A DNA stretch of 64,000 nt, taken from Epithemia pelagica. Its lineage: Eukaryota > Protista > Bacillariophyta. Positions 47,500-58,793 of the stretch are shown one piece after another (position 1 is the stretch's first letter; each line of letters opens with the position of its first letter). The position numbers were made by a program, and so were the translations under genes. The notes beneath the pieces were generated by a model, which worked only from the letters and a program-made list of their open reading frames with translations, was not told the DNA's origin and did not search any database. Where the stretch lies: contig OX337235.1 of the NCBI GenBank assembly GCA_946965045.2, positions 3,224,001-3,288,000 of the forward strand. The letters run 5' to 3'.

Positions 47500-47779
47500 G
47501 GGGGTATGTTATCGGGCGCGCGGAGCATGGGCGGAGCATGGATATGGGGGGAGCAATGCATGCTCCACGATGCATGCTCCGCGCGTCTAAGACTTCGACT
47601 GTTCGACGCATTGAGTGTGTGGCGTGTGGACGCGTGATTTTGCTTCCAACCATGCTCCACCCGCACTCTTCCTCCGCATGTAAATTTTGCGGAGGAAAGC
47701 TCTATATCCGGGTTGGTTTGGCCTTTCTCCGCCCATATCATGCTCCGCACATGCTCCGCGCGCCCGATAATATACCCCC
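47500..47779. mobile_element. MITE family 1, second copy
   Basis: Appears identical to 44074-44353. Confidence 0.85.
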
Positions 47780-47795
47780 TTAGCATGCCGGCTTA

Positions 47796-47852
47796 GGCCG
47801 TTCCTTGATATTCTGCAAAAACAAAAGTTGGAGGGTGACACGTCACAAAAAA
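47796..47852. mobile_element. Truncated left end of MITE family 2
   Basis: TTA + 31-bp TIR, then homology stops in an A-run. Confidence 0.8.
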
Positions 47853-47948
47853 AATAATTCCAGATTTTGCTTTTCGTTATCCATTGTCTCTCTGTTGGAG
47901 CGACAATTTTGTTGTCTTATTCGGGCGGAGTATTTTGTTGTCATCAAC

Positions 47949-49025
47949 ATGACGTCTCTTGTGGCTAGAACTGTGCATTTGATTGTTTCGGTGGCGACCC
48001 TGTTGAGTGGTGATTTGGACAATTGTCTATTTCCCTTGGACACTTCCTGCAAGGCGGGTGTGGCCAGTGTCAATGCGTTTGCCCAAAACTTAGAAGAACC
48101 TTATTTGGTAATTCCCAAATTTGACAAGGCGAGTCCCTTTGTCCAAATGCATCCCTTGGGATGGTCTGTCAATCGACTAGTGTTGGAGGATATAATGGGA
48201 TGGAAGACTTTTCAGAGTTCTCCTTCTTTGCTCCAAGCGCATTACAAAGATGGTGTGAGTTTGCAGGACTTGAGCGATTTGCAAAGCCAAGAGTTTCCAT
48301 TTCTGTTGAGTAATGTGGCAGTGCCACCAGGAAATTCTTGGTCACCCTATACGATTCCAGTATATTTGGATGAGGAGACAGGGTTGGCCATCATTTCCAT
48401 TGTTAATGATCAACAAACATACAATGGGAATCAAGTCGAAACTACCTTTGGACTGTTGAATTACGTGGAGCGCTTAAATCAAAAGGGTGGCTGTTATGGC
48501 ACTAATGACCAGCTTTCATCCTTATACAGCAACTACGTCAATCAAACGATAAACGAGGAACCCAAATGTTGGATTCCAGTCATTTTGTATGCAGATACCA
48601 AGTCTAATTTTGAAGCCTGGTTGACACCCATCATTAATCACAAGAATCCACCCGCCTTGATTGTCAATACCAAAGAGCCTGTTGATGGCTATGAGACACC
48701 CATTCGATTGCCCAACGCCAAGGGGGGCTTATGGATTGTCACTTATGAAGTCAAAGATGATGTTTATTTGCAATTGACCTTGCAAATTGACGACAGGGGA
48801 CGTGCCATTATGGCGGTGGAGATCGTTCAGAAAGATTTGGAAGTTCTTCCAGACAACGTGAAGGATTCCATTTACATTGAACAGCAAACCCGTCTCAGGT
48901 CCCTGGCAGATGAAGCTGCCACAAACGATCCTGTGGTGGGACAGTCAGTATTGGTACCAACTGTTGGAGGTGCAAGTCGGGAGAATGCGAGATTGGAAAT
49001 TTGTTCAACGATGCGGCGCAGTGGT
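47949..49025 (+). pseudogene. Secreted/receptor-like protein with 5'-nucleotidase-type domains, 5' half
   Basis: Hydrophobic N-terminus, FPFLLSNV motif; a frame change near 48970 gives RCKSGECEIGNLFNDAAQW; interrupted by the copia. Confidence 0.7.
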
Positions 49026-49746
49026 ACTTAGGAGATTCGCTAGCTAGGTGTGATAACGACTTGATAATCGGGGTTAGTTCAGTTGGGTAGCAATGTTAGT
49101 CAACCTATCACGTTGGATCGACGATGGGGCCCTCACCTTCGGTCTACGATATAGGTTGACTCCTTTTGTAGACAACAGTTGCTTGCAACTTTTGTGTTTT
49201 AGAAAAGAGTGAGATTAATCTACATGAAAGTGATTTTCAGGTCTGATCGATCTCCGATCTCAAGGAGAACTTAGCCGCTCCATTTCTCTCTTGGAGAATA
49301 GTTCTTCCTTGTTCTTTTTGTTCTTCATGATTAGATGAGAGTATTCACCTCTCCTGATTGTTTGGGCCTTATGAATGTTCTTTCTAGGAGGTACTTACCT
49401 TTGGAACAGGCCTGCTAGATCATCTGAAGATCGATCGGTATCTTTGTGTAATTCTCAATTTGAGAGAGAAGATATTACGACTAGAGGTATCGTCCAACTT
49501 GCGTTCGTATGAACGGATGTGTAGGCTCGCGACTTGCATTGTGCATGTATATGAATAATTAGTACATGAATCTTCCTGGACTGCTGGGTGAAGTTACTAT
49601 TCAGCTAAATCCATCTGTTGTTCGTCCGTTCAACTGCAACACGAGCGTCTGTCTTACTTCAGGACAGCTGCTTTCCTCTATGTCGTAGCTACGTCGTGCT
49701 ATGTCACACCTAGATCTAATGGTGCTAGATGTGCTATGTTGTAACT
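49026..49746 (-). repeat. 3' LTR of the copia
   Basis: Appears identical to 58073-58793; preceded on the minus strand by purine tract GAGAGGGAG (49755-49747). Confidence 0.97.
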
Positions 49747-49799
49747 CTCCCTCTCATGGAGTGATTGGGCTAGAATTGCGACATGGAAGGTATGATGGT

Positions 49800-52657
49800 T
49801 TACCATCCTTGATTGAGCTTACGGCAGCGCTCAAAAAGTTCTCGATTCTGGCATTTAGTAAAGTAATCAGCCTTTTGGTCAGCGGTGCTGACCATGCTAA
49901 CTTTCACGCCGCCGGGGTGGTCGCCTACATGCTCCCAAAAGAAGTGGAGGTAGGTGTTAAAATGCTTGGTCCTTGGGGTTAGGCGCTGCTTCGTTGCAAG
50001 GTAAAAGGCTCCACTATTGTCCTCAAAGACTTCAGAGAAAATAGTGGGCTTCGGGAACGGCAGCTTGAGATTGCCTAAAAGTTCTTCAATCACTCGGCGG
50101 GTAGCTATCACACTACGCATGGCTTGTGAGAGGGCATGGTACTCAGCCTGGAGTGTACTAAGAGCTACCGATGATTGGAGTTGCGAACGCCATATTAGTG
50201 GGCATCCACAAAATGTTAGTATATAGCCAGTACGAGACTTAGCACTAACGGGATTGTCTTGGGGTTCGCGTCCATGCAAACCGGCAAAATCAGCATCTAC
50301 ATAGCAATCTAGTTTGAAATCTGTAGTAGGGGTGAAGATAGTCCCTTTGTCTCTTGTTCGAACTAAGTAGCGCACAATTGTCTTGATGGCGGTAGCGTGT
50401 GATTTCTTTGGTGCTGAACTGAATCTAGCTACCTGACTAACAGCGAAAGCTATGTCAGGTCTAGTGTTGGTAGCCAGGTATAGGAGCATTCCTACTACGG
50501 AGCGATATTCCCAGCTTTCTTTCATAGGTTCACCGTCTGGGTCGCTGCCTAATCCCAGCTGGGTTGCAGGAGTCCAATTAGGGTTGCAATCTTCTAGTCC
50601 TGTAGTTTTAATAATCTTCGCAATAAGTCCTTTCTGGGTCATGGTAATAGATTTATTCTCATGACGGATAAAGTTTATTCCGAGGTAGTCAGTCAGATTT
50701 CCTTCTTTCTTGAGAGATAACCCTTTTTCTTGTAGTCTTTTGATTAGATCGTCTATTAGTTCCATTTTAGGAGCACAGACACCACAGTCGTCTACCCACA
50801 GAAAAATGATGATGTTGTCTTTGTAAAGCAAACACTCGTCATGAGCACTGAGGGTGAATCCGTCTTCCTTTAAAGCCTCTAGTAGGTGGGTATACCATAA
50901 CCTTGGAGCTGAAGACAGGCCATATAGACTCTTGATGAGTCGCAGGCAGGTCTCTCCAGGTTTGCCAGACCTAAATCCTCTAGGTAAATGAATCCATACA
51001 GGTTCATCCAACGTAGCTTGTACAAATGCATTGTTAAAATCAATGCAGGCAAGCTCCCATCCTAGGATTAAGCTGATAGTGAGGACAATACGGATTGAGC
51101 TCCAGTGAACAACTGGGCTGTAGTTTTCTTGTTCCGTTTCCTGTAAGTCTCCTCTCACACAATATCTGGCTTTGTGTTTGAGGATCTCACCATCGGGAGT
51201 TCTCTTTCGTTTAAATACCCAAGTTCCTGGTAGAATCCGCGTTTTTGCCTGAGATTTTGGGACCTCTTCCCATGTTCCTTTACCTTCGAGTTCCATAATT
51301 TCTTTGTGTGCTGCAACTTTCCATTTTTCAATGTCAGCATCTCGCATGGCTTCGTCATAAGAAAGCGTATCTGGATCAGAGAGAGATGCTTTCATGACGG
51401 TCAGGAGGTCGCTATGATCTACAGATGGAGGAGCAGTAGGATGAACGGTAGCCACATTTATTTCTTCTACAAGACGAGTGGGCCGTTTAACAGTCCGACC
51501 GGAGCGACGAGTGGTGATGGTTGGTGCGAGAGAGGGAGTGGAACCGGAAGTGGGTTGAGTGGATTTGCAAGGACGGGACTCCCTCTGAGGCCGAATCTCC
51601 CTCTGAGGAGATGGACCAGGGGAAGGAGTAGTGTTGGGAGAAGGAGAAGGCAAAAGAGGGGTTGTCGAAGGCGAGGTTTCAGCGACCTGGTCAGTTTTCT
51701 CCCTCTGAGGAAGGGGTGTATTGGAAAAGGACATCCGCTTAGGGGATGGTTGAGACACCGGTTCCTCATTGGGAGCTGAAATCGATACGGGTCTGTTGCT
51801 TGGTGTCGAACTGGGTGCTGGTGCGCCAATGGGAGTAGCACGGGGATTAGTTAAAGGAAACGTGCCAGGAGTGGAACTGGGTTGGGAAGGCGATGGAAGC
51901 ACGGCAAAAGGACGATGAGTCCCAATTGCATGTGCGACATCGGATTCTCTTTGTGTATAGGACTGTTGTGCGGCCTCATCGGTAGTAGTAGGCGCTTCAA
52001 TATTTGGAGCATCGTCGTTGTCGAGATCTATATATTGATAGGAGGAGTCTCCGAACAGTTTATACCACGTGTCAGTGAAGAAGTCGGGCAATTGTTCATA
52101 AGTCATAGCAATTGTACTGAACCAATCGTCGAAAACTACATGGAATTGTGGTGTTATGTAGCCGGTGTCAGGGTTAAGTACCAGAGGGACCGAACTAGCA
52201 TGGCGGTTACTTAACCCCATGAGTTGGCAACGTGTAGACCTAGGCTTCCAACGAGGTAGTTTCTTCCCGTCGGCAATGGATTTCTGTAGGACATAGACTG
52301 GGCAGCCCCACACGTGTAGGTCGTGGAACTTTCGTTGTTCCCAACGGACACGTGTAAATAAGTCGTGAGGGCTAATCCCTGTGTCAGTACGGGGCACATG
52401 ATTATGTAGGTACACTGCATGTGATACTGCCATGGGCCATAGCATAGGGTCAGCTAATTCTGGCCAGTGTATTGCAGCATGGAGCATCATTGTACGAGCA
52501 ATAGACATAATAGTTTGTATTGCCCGTTCGGCAATGCCAGCATGGTGATGTGCCCCAACTCCGGCAAATCTGGAAATTTGAGCGAATGTTCGGAGTGATT
52601 GGGTGTAATCCTTAGAGGTAAAGGCTGCTCCATTGTCCGTTAGGTATTGAAGCGGTA
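49800..52657 (-). CDS. Copia pol: integrase core/C-term, reverse transcriptase, RNase H
   Basis: YLTDNG..AERAIQT upstream of the listed ORF; GCPVYVL, KARYCVRG, LYGL, LWVDD, YVDADFAG, FEDNSGA, KHF, QKADYFTK. Confidence 0.95.
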
Positions 52658-55600
52658 CTACCCCTTTCCTCTACAGAAAAGCTCGAAGGATTCCTTAACA
52701 CTCAGCGTTTCATGTGTATTTAGGTGGGATTGAAATCCTATCCACGTGTATCCCGAAGCGTGGTCTACAAAGATTGCTCCACCTGTATAAAGATCGTTGA
52801 TTTTTGATTTCCCTTTTGAGTCAAAGCGTCTCCCCTTTGTAGAACACACAAAATGATCTACTGAGATGCATTGACCTGGATGCAGGTTACCGTCTTTGGT
52901 AACCCCTTGTTTGTCTTTGACGATGATCGTTTTCGTCCCTGGTTCGGTTCGTCTGCGTTGTTTCCCGAATTGACATGCTGCGCACAAGGGTAAGTCGGTG
53001 AGTGTGGATGCGAGAGTGTGTAAACGACGCGTTTTCTCTGTTGTTGCCAAAACGCCTGTTCGCATGAGAAACTGTACCTTGAGAAGATTCATGTGTCCGA
53101 GTCGGTAATGCCATTTGAGAAGTTCCTTCTGTGCTGGTGAGAGGTTTGCGTTTTGGTGTGCGACTTCATTCACAGTACTGTTGAAAGCGAGTGATGTTGT
53201 TTGTAAGTGGTCTGAATTGTATCCGTAGGACATTGGAAGATTGTTCTTCGGATTTACCATCACATTTACCTCTCGGCGATCAGGGTCGCCTGGAATTCCA
53301 GTCAAGGTAAGTGTATAACCGTCCTGAATGATTTTCTCTCCATGGTACTGCTGAAGAAGATTTTGCGTTGACAACAATCTCACAGAAATTTTTGGTACAT
53401 GGAATGCAGGAAGTTTCAACATTTGTGGAGCCCCATTCGTGTCCAAAACCGTCCAAAGGACAGTTCCTCGTCCAACAGCCTTCATTTTATTGGCAATACC
53501 TTTTACTTTCAGATCAGGGAAGGGCTTGATCTTTCCAATGAAGTCCTTGGCGTCGTTGGTAATGGAGATACTCGCTCCGGAGTCCCAGATGATTGGGTAC
53601 GAGGCTCCTTTTGGCATGGATTCACGAAGAGCCTTTGGATCTTGGAGTGTTGCTCGAAGAGCCTGTAGGGTGATGTTCTCCCACGGGTGGTGTGTGATGG
53701 AGTCAAGGTCAAGATCGTTGATGGAGGCCATCATTGCCATCATGTTGTTTGGATTGAGGGAGGCTCGGTGATGATGAAATCGTGGTACAGGCCGTGTGGA
53801 GCATGGTACGTTTTGGCAATAATAGGGAGTGTTGCTCCTGTTTTCGGTGTTCGATCTCTGACGGTTGTATCCCGCCAGATGTTGATGGGGATTTCCAGCA
53901 GAGATGGGGTGCTGGAAGCGACGAGTGCGAGAACGCAACAAACTTGTCTTTGTCGGCATTCGTCGGCTGGTCGGTAGTGTGAAGTCATTATGCTCGGAAG
54001 GTGTGTTAGCGAATGGCCCGCGGCTTCGCTTGTGCCTTCGAGGTGAACTCGAGTTGACCTTGAATGAAGTGTTCCGCCGTTTTCTCCCTCGCTTCGCGGG
54101 TATAATGGTTCGTAAGCTCGTAAGGCCAGCCTGACATAACGATGCCGACCATTCCAACAATCTACAACCAAACACAACAATCAACCGAATCGGTGTGGAG
54201 AACAAGGAGAAGAAGAAGGACCTTGTAGGGGAGTTGTGGTTGGTGGCAAAGTGGGTTCGGCGGTTGTTTAGCTGGGCACGAAAGGCATTGACCGAGACGG
54301 CGGTCCTTTGGGTGCTATTGGGGCGATTTGGTCCCTTGGCTTTGTTAGAGTTCTTGGATTTGGGACTGGATGAGAGGCTGAAACTGAGAAAGATGGCCAC
54401 CCAACAAGAAATCCATGTAACGATACCAGGCATGCAGCCAGGATGTAGCAAGAAGGAAACAGAAATTTCCTTGAATCCGCAGTAAGCTTCATAGACACCA
54501 TAGTAGAGATGTACCGCGGCACTGTACAGGTGTCCTAGCCCATTTGTAAAGGCGTCCTTAGATTCCTCGGTAGTGGTTGGAGCTGGGATCAGCCAGAGGA
54601 TGATCGGTAACAAGACAACAAAATGTAGAAGGGCGACCAAGAAAAGATGCTGAAGAGAGAAAGTTTCGTCTGAAAGCTCCTCGACTGGCGTGCGCGCCGG
54701 TCGTCGTGGGGTACGCACGTGTCCAAAGGTGAAAGGTGCATAGTAGACTTCTACGCATTTTCCTACCATTGAGCCTCCTACTGTCTCGTCCACAGTACAG
54801 TTGGATCCGTCCGAAGTGTCTTGGGGGTCAGTGTCTCCTTCATTTTGTAGAGAAGTGGCAGGTTGTGAAGCCTCATCTTCATCATCGTCGAAATCGACAC
54901 AAGCGAGATGGGCAAAATACTTGGTGACTGCCACTGTCTTGTTCGAGTCGTCATCATCATCCGTCTTGTTTTCGGGTTCCGAGGGAACGAAAGAGGAGGA
55001 TGAGTTGCTTGTTGAGTCATCTGTCATCGTGCTCTTGTTCTCACGGAATGTTGTGAGTTTTGTTGCAGGAGTGAACTGCATCGCTGATCCAGAGCTGGAG
55101 GTGTCCATCGGTTGAAAACAAGGAACCATCGGGCCTGGTGGAATGGGCGACATTCCAGGAAAGCAAGATGCTGGTCGAGGGTGATTCGGAATGGGCATTC
55201 CATCAACGAAGTATCCCATTGCCCATTCCTCTTCTTTGACACGTTGGTATGCCTCAGCCACGGTAAGTCTCGGCTCTCGCCAAGCGTTTGCGAACACGGT
55301 TTTGGCTGCTCTCTCGTACCTCATCCCATCTCTTTTTGCTTGCTCTGCTTCGAGAATGATATGCTGCATTGCATATTTTGTCGATGCAGGGATGCTCAGC
55401 CGTCGTCTTGGAGGAGGAGGCGGCGGAGTCGGATCGTTCGGAGAAAAGGGCAAGGGAGCATTTGGCCGTGGTGGCAGAGGTCGTGCCTGATGGATTGGAG
55501 AGATGGCTGGTAGTTTCTTTTCCAGACTCGCCAATTGTCCAGCTTGGAGATGCTTGATTGCATCAGTCGATGTGTCCGTGCTTGTTTCAGGAGTTTTGTA

Positions 55601-57607
55601 AGTGAGATCTGTCTCTTCACTTTCCATTTCGTCGTAGTTCTCATTGATTGCTGCTGCTGCTGTGATTTCTTTGTCGTACATGTCCTCGAGAAATCGTTGG
55701 GTTGCAGCGTCATTCAATGGATCGAGCGGATCGTCATCATGGTTGTTTGTCATCGTGAGATCCATGTCATTCCATTGATCGAAGTATGTTGGTCCGTTGT
55801 TCTTGGATGGCTCGACGACTGGAAAGGTAGGCTCAAACGTTCCAATGGTACTGGTTCCTGATGAGTCTTCCATATCACTCTCACTGAACTGTTTTTCTTT
55901 AATGTTGGCTGAAGTGACACGATCCGGTGTAACAGCTTGGGGAGTGGTGTTGGAGAAGAGCGAGCTTGAATCTTCATTGGACTTGGTTTCTTCATACCTT
56001 TCTTCTTTGCTTTCTTCGTCTTCTTCAAAGGAGGCCATGAAGGCACAAAGTTCGTATTCCTCATCAGGTGAGTTGTCACAGTGGTCGTAATCGTCGTCCT
56101 CTGAGTTGTCTTCACAGAACTCATATTCTTCCTTGTCCATTTCTCTGACAATGTCCCTGTCCCAGTAGCGAGAATGGAGATCGAGTTCTGCTTTCCAGGC
56201 CGTTGCGTCAAACTCAAGAACATGAGCGGATACTTTATGTTTCTGTTGGTTCTTGTTGTTCTTGGCCATGGATTTGAATCCGACAATATGCTCGCTAGTA
56301 CGATGCATGGTGTTCCAGATCTTGCAAGTGCCGCACCAGAAATATGTTTGGCCGTCTTTGGTACGTTCATCCGGCTGGCCATCTGCAGGCGGAACACGTT
56401 TCCATTGGTGAGTAGAATCGTTTTTGGGTGTGGAAGAAGGCTTGTCCGTTTTGCCTTTGAACTTGTTGTTGCTCTTGTTCTTCCCCTTCTCACGAAAACT
56501 GTTCTTGCTCTTACCATACGTTTGCATCTGAGGGATGAGGGCATTGGCTTGGTAGCCGATGCGGGTCTTGCCACGGCGATTGTTTGTCACTGTCAGGTTC
56601 CCGCCATAAGAAACAGGTAAGGCCTTGCTGTCCTTGTGGGAGCTTTTGGCACTCCATTCGCCTTGCTTGACACTAACAAGGTACCGGTTGTTGGCGATCT
56701 CGGAGACGTGCGTGTACAGGAGCTTGTTGGTGCTCATGTAAGAGTCAGCGACGGAACGATCGAGAAAACGGATGTGTTCTACGGCGTCTTTGACTTTCTT
56801 GTTGAGAATCAAGAGGTCAAATTTTGGAGTTTCCGGCCATTCAGCGGTGAGGATGTTCTTGAGGAGATTCGCGGTGAGGGTGTGGTCATAAAGACCAGCA
56901 GCCGAAAGAGGACGTGCCTTGTTCGCGAAATCAGTGGTAAGTGCGGTAATGTCGTGTCCTGAGTACTGTTGGGGTACCAGACTGCGCATCTCACCCTTTA
57001 CCAACTCCCAATGTTCGATGGAGTCGTCCGTAATGATGCGGACGATTACCATAAAGAGGACGGGAAACGAGTTCGCAGAGCGGGATTGGTCCTCTACTTC
57101 GCGACGAAAGGTTTTCTCGAGAGAATCGAGTAAGTAGTCCTGAGCCGCTGCGTCATTGTTCTGATCGTACTTATCGTATTTTTGGATCTGCTCTGCCATC
57201 AGGTCCTGGACGCGCTCGTTGGTGAAACGAGGATGCTCCGTGATGATGTTGATCATCGATGTGGAGTTCTTGGGGTCAGGTAAGTACACAATCGTGTCCA
57301 TTCCATGTTTGACAAAGTGCCGATTGAGCTCATCCTGCAATCGCGAGAAATCGCCTTTCTTCTTGTCAAACTTGTCAATAGGTCCAGTTACGCGGTCGAT
57401 GTACCGCTTGTCTGTTAAGGTACGTAACTGGAGACTCCTGAGAGGTTCCGTCTTGGCTGAGTCATCTAACTTGGACCAGTCATGTTTCGGTTTTCCTCCA
57501 GTCCAAGCGACGTACTCGTCACGTCGGGACTGCACCAGTCCGCCCATGAAGGGCTTGTCTGGCATGAAAACGTCCGTGTTTTCTTGTGGATCGTCGTTTG
57601 CTGCCAT
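52658..57607 (-). CDS. Copia gag + long insertion + protease + integrase N-term
   Basis: Zinc knuckle WCGTCKIWNTMHRTSEH, protease IWDSGAS, WHYRLGH...CAACQFGK, ISVDH; ends at a 1-nt frameshift near 52665. First ATG at 57607. Confidence 0.93.
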   Translation of the reverse strand: MAANDDPQENTDVFMPDKPFMGGLVQSRRDEYVAWTGGKPKHDWSKLDDSAKTEPLRSLQLRTLTDKRYIDRVTGPIDKFDKKKGDFSRLQDELNRHFVKHGMDTIVYLPDPKNSTSMINIITEHPRFTNERVQDLMAEQIQKYDKYDQNNDAAAQDYLLDSLEKTFRREVEDQSRSANSFPVLFMVIVRIITDDSIEHWELVKGEMRSLVPQQYSGHDITALTTDFANKARPLSAAGLYDHTLTANLLKNILTAEWPETPKFDLLILNKKVKDAVEHIRFLDRSVADSYMSTNKLLYTHVSEIANNRYLVSVKQGEWSAKSSHKDSKALPVSYGGNLTVTNNRRGKTRIGYQANALIPQMQTYGKSKNSFREKGKNKSNNKFKGKTDKPSSTPKNDSTHQWKRVPPADGQPDERTKDGQTYFWCGTCKIWNTMHRTSEHIVGFKSMAKNNKNQQKHKVSAHVLEFDATAWKAELDLHSRYWDRDIVREMDKEEYEFCEDNSEDDDYDHCDNSPDEEYELCAFMASFEEDEESKEERYEETKSNEDSSSLFSNTTPQAVTPDRVTSANIKEKQFSESDMEDSSGTSTIGTFEPTFPVVEPSKNNGPTYFDQWNDMDLTMTNNHDDDPLDPLNDAATQRFLEDMYDKEITAAAAINENYDEMESEETDLTYKTPETSTDTSTDAIKHLQAGQLASLEKKLPAISPIHQARPLPPRPNAPLPFSPNDPTPPPPPPRRRLSIPASTKYAMQHIILEAEQAKRDGMRYERAAKTVFANAWREPRLTVAEAYQRVKEEEWAMGYFVDGMPIPNHPRPASCFPGMSPIPPGPMVPCFQPMDTSSSGSAMQFTPATKLTTFRENKSTMTDDSTSNSSSSFVPSEPENKTDDDDDSNKTVAVTKYFAHLACVDFDDDEDEASQPATSLQNEGDTDPQDTSDGSNCTVDETVGGSMVGKCVEVYYAPFTFGHVRTPRRPARTPVEELSDETFSLQHLFLVALLHFVVLLPIILWLIPAPTTTEESKDAFTNGLGHLYSAAVHLYYGVYEAYCGFKEISVSFLLHPGCMPGIVTWISCWVAIFLSFSLSSSPKSKNSNKAKGPNRPNSTQRTAVSVNAFRAQLNNRRTHFATNHNSPTRSFFFSLFSTPIRLIVVFGCRLLEWSASLCQAGLTSLRTIIPAKRGRKRRNTSFKVNSSSPRRHKRSRGPFANTPSEHNDFTLPTSRRMPTKTSLLRSRTRRFQHPISAGNPHQHLAGYNRQRSNTENRSNTPYYCQNVPCSTRPVPRFHHHRASLNPNNMMAMMASINDLDLDSITHHPWENITLQALRATLQDPKALRESMPKGASYPIIWDSGASISITNDAKDFIGKIKPFPDLKVKGIANKMKAVGRGTVLWTVLDTNGAPQMLKLPAFHVPKISVRLLSTQNLLQQYHGEKIIQDGYTLTLTGIPGDPDRREVNVMVNPKNNLPMSYGYNSDHLQTTSLAFNSTVNEVAHQNANLSPAQKELLKWHYRLGHMNLLKVQFLMRTGVLATTEKTRRLHTLASTLTDLPLCAACQFGKQRRRTEPGTKTIIVKDKQGVTKDGNLHPGQCISVDHFVCSTKGRRFDSKGKSKINDLYTGGAIFVDHASGYTWIGFQSHLNTHETLSVKESFELFCRGKG

Positions 57608-58061
57608 GATTCGTTGCTGTCGCCTCCTGGATCTCGATATACCAATCAACGGTCTTGTCCGATCTGTATCTGATGTGGCAGTTCGCGTTGGGTCGGTCTC
57701 AGGTGGAGCAATTTGCAATGGTCGAGTGGTCTCTTGCTGGGATTCGCGTTGGGCGTTTGGATCGGCAGTTGGATCACTGTTCGGTGCTTCTAGAGGGTCG
57801 ACGGTCTCTTGCTGGGGATCTGGATTGGAGTTGGTATCACTGTCCGAATTCAACCAGTCGAAGCTTCCAAGTCCACTTGAGGTCGGGGAGATGTCGTCCG
57901 CCGTTGTGGATTCTTGGTTGGGGCCTTGATTGGCTCCAGTAGTATTTGCGCGCTTTGGATGCTTGGTAGGGACGACTCAGTGGTAGTCCTCCAAGGTAGT
58001 TAACTTCTTGATAAATCGATCGATAGAGAGAATAGCGTATGGTTTATCAGCCTTGATTTGG

Positions 58062-58073
58062 GCTCAGCAACCA
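58062..58073 (-). other. Primer-binding site of the copia
   Basis: TGGTTGCTGAGC directly abuts the 5' LTR; cognate tRNA not identified. Confidence 0.75.
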
Positions 58074-58793
58074 CTTAGGAGATTCGCTAGCTAGGTGTGA
58101 TAACGACTTGATAATCGGGGTTAGTTCAGTTGGGTAGCAATGTTAGTCAACCTATCACGTTGGATCGACGATGGGGCCCTCACCTTCGGTCTACGATATA
58201 GGTTGACTCCTTTTGTAGACAACAGTTGCTTGCAACTTTTGTGTTTTAGAAAAGAGTGAGATTAATCTACATGAAAGTGATTTTCAGGTCTGATCGATCT
58301 CCGATCTCAAGGAGAACTTAGCCGCTCCATTTCTCTCTTGGAGAATAGTTCTTCCTTGTTCTTTTTGTTCTTCATGATTAGATGAGAGTATTCACCTCTC
58401 CTGATTGTTTGGGCCTTATGAATGTTCTTTCTAGGAGGTACTTACCTTTGGAACAGGCCTGCTAGATCATCTGAAGATCGATCGGTATCTTTGTGTAATT
58501 CTCAATTTGAGAGAGAAGATATTACGACTAGAGGTATCGTCCAACTTGCGTTCGTATGAACGGATGTGTAGGCTCGCGACTTGCATTGTGCATGTATATG
58601 AATAATTAGTACATGAATCTTCCTGGACTGCTGGGTGAAGTTACTATTCAGCTAAATCCATCTGTTGTTCGTCCGTTCAACTGCAACACGAGCGTCTGTC
58701 TTACTTCAGGACAGCTGCTTTCCTCTATGTCGTAGCTACGTCGTGCTATGTCACACCTAGATCTAATGGTGCTAGATGTGCTATGTTGTAACT
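58073..58793 (-). repeat. 5' LTR of the copia
   Basis: 721 bp, starts AGTTA and ends TAAGT on the element strand. Confidence 0.97.

Larger units (their letters stand above)
46835..47852. repeat. 1.0-kb local duplication of header A + upstream region + MITE1 + start of MITE2
   Basis: Matches 43409-44426 at offset 3426. Confidence 0.95.
49026..58793 (-). mobile_element. Ty1/copia LTR retrotransposon (CoDi-like), 9768 bp
   Basis: Two 721-bp LTRs; GTGGT target duplication (49021-49025, 58794-58798); PBS and PPT; gag-PR-IN-RT-RH order. Confidence 0.97.

Noticed and set aside
52655-52675. Programmed ribosomal frameshift in the copia
   Set aside because: Falls inside the integrase catalytic core rather than at the gag-pol boundary and lacks a canonical slippery heptamer.
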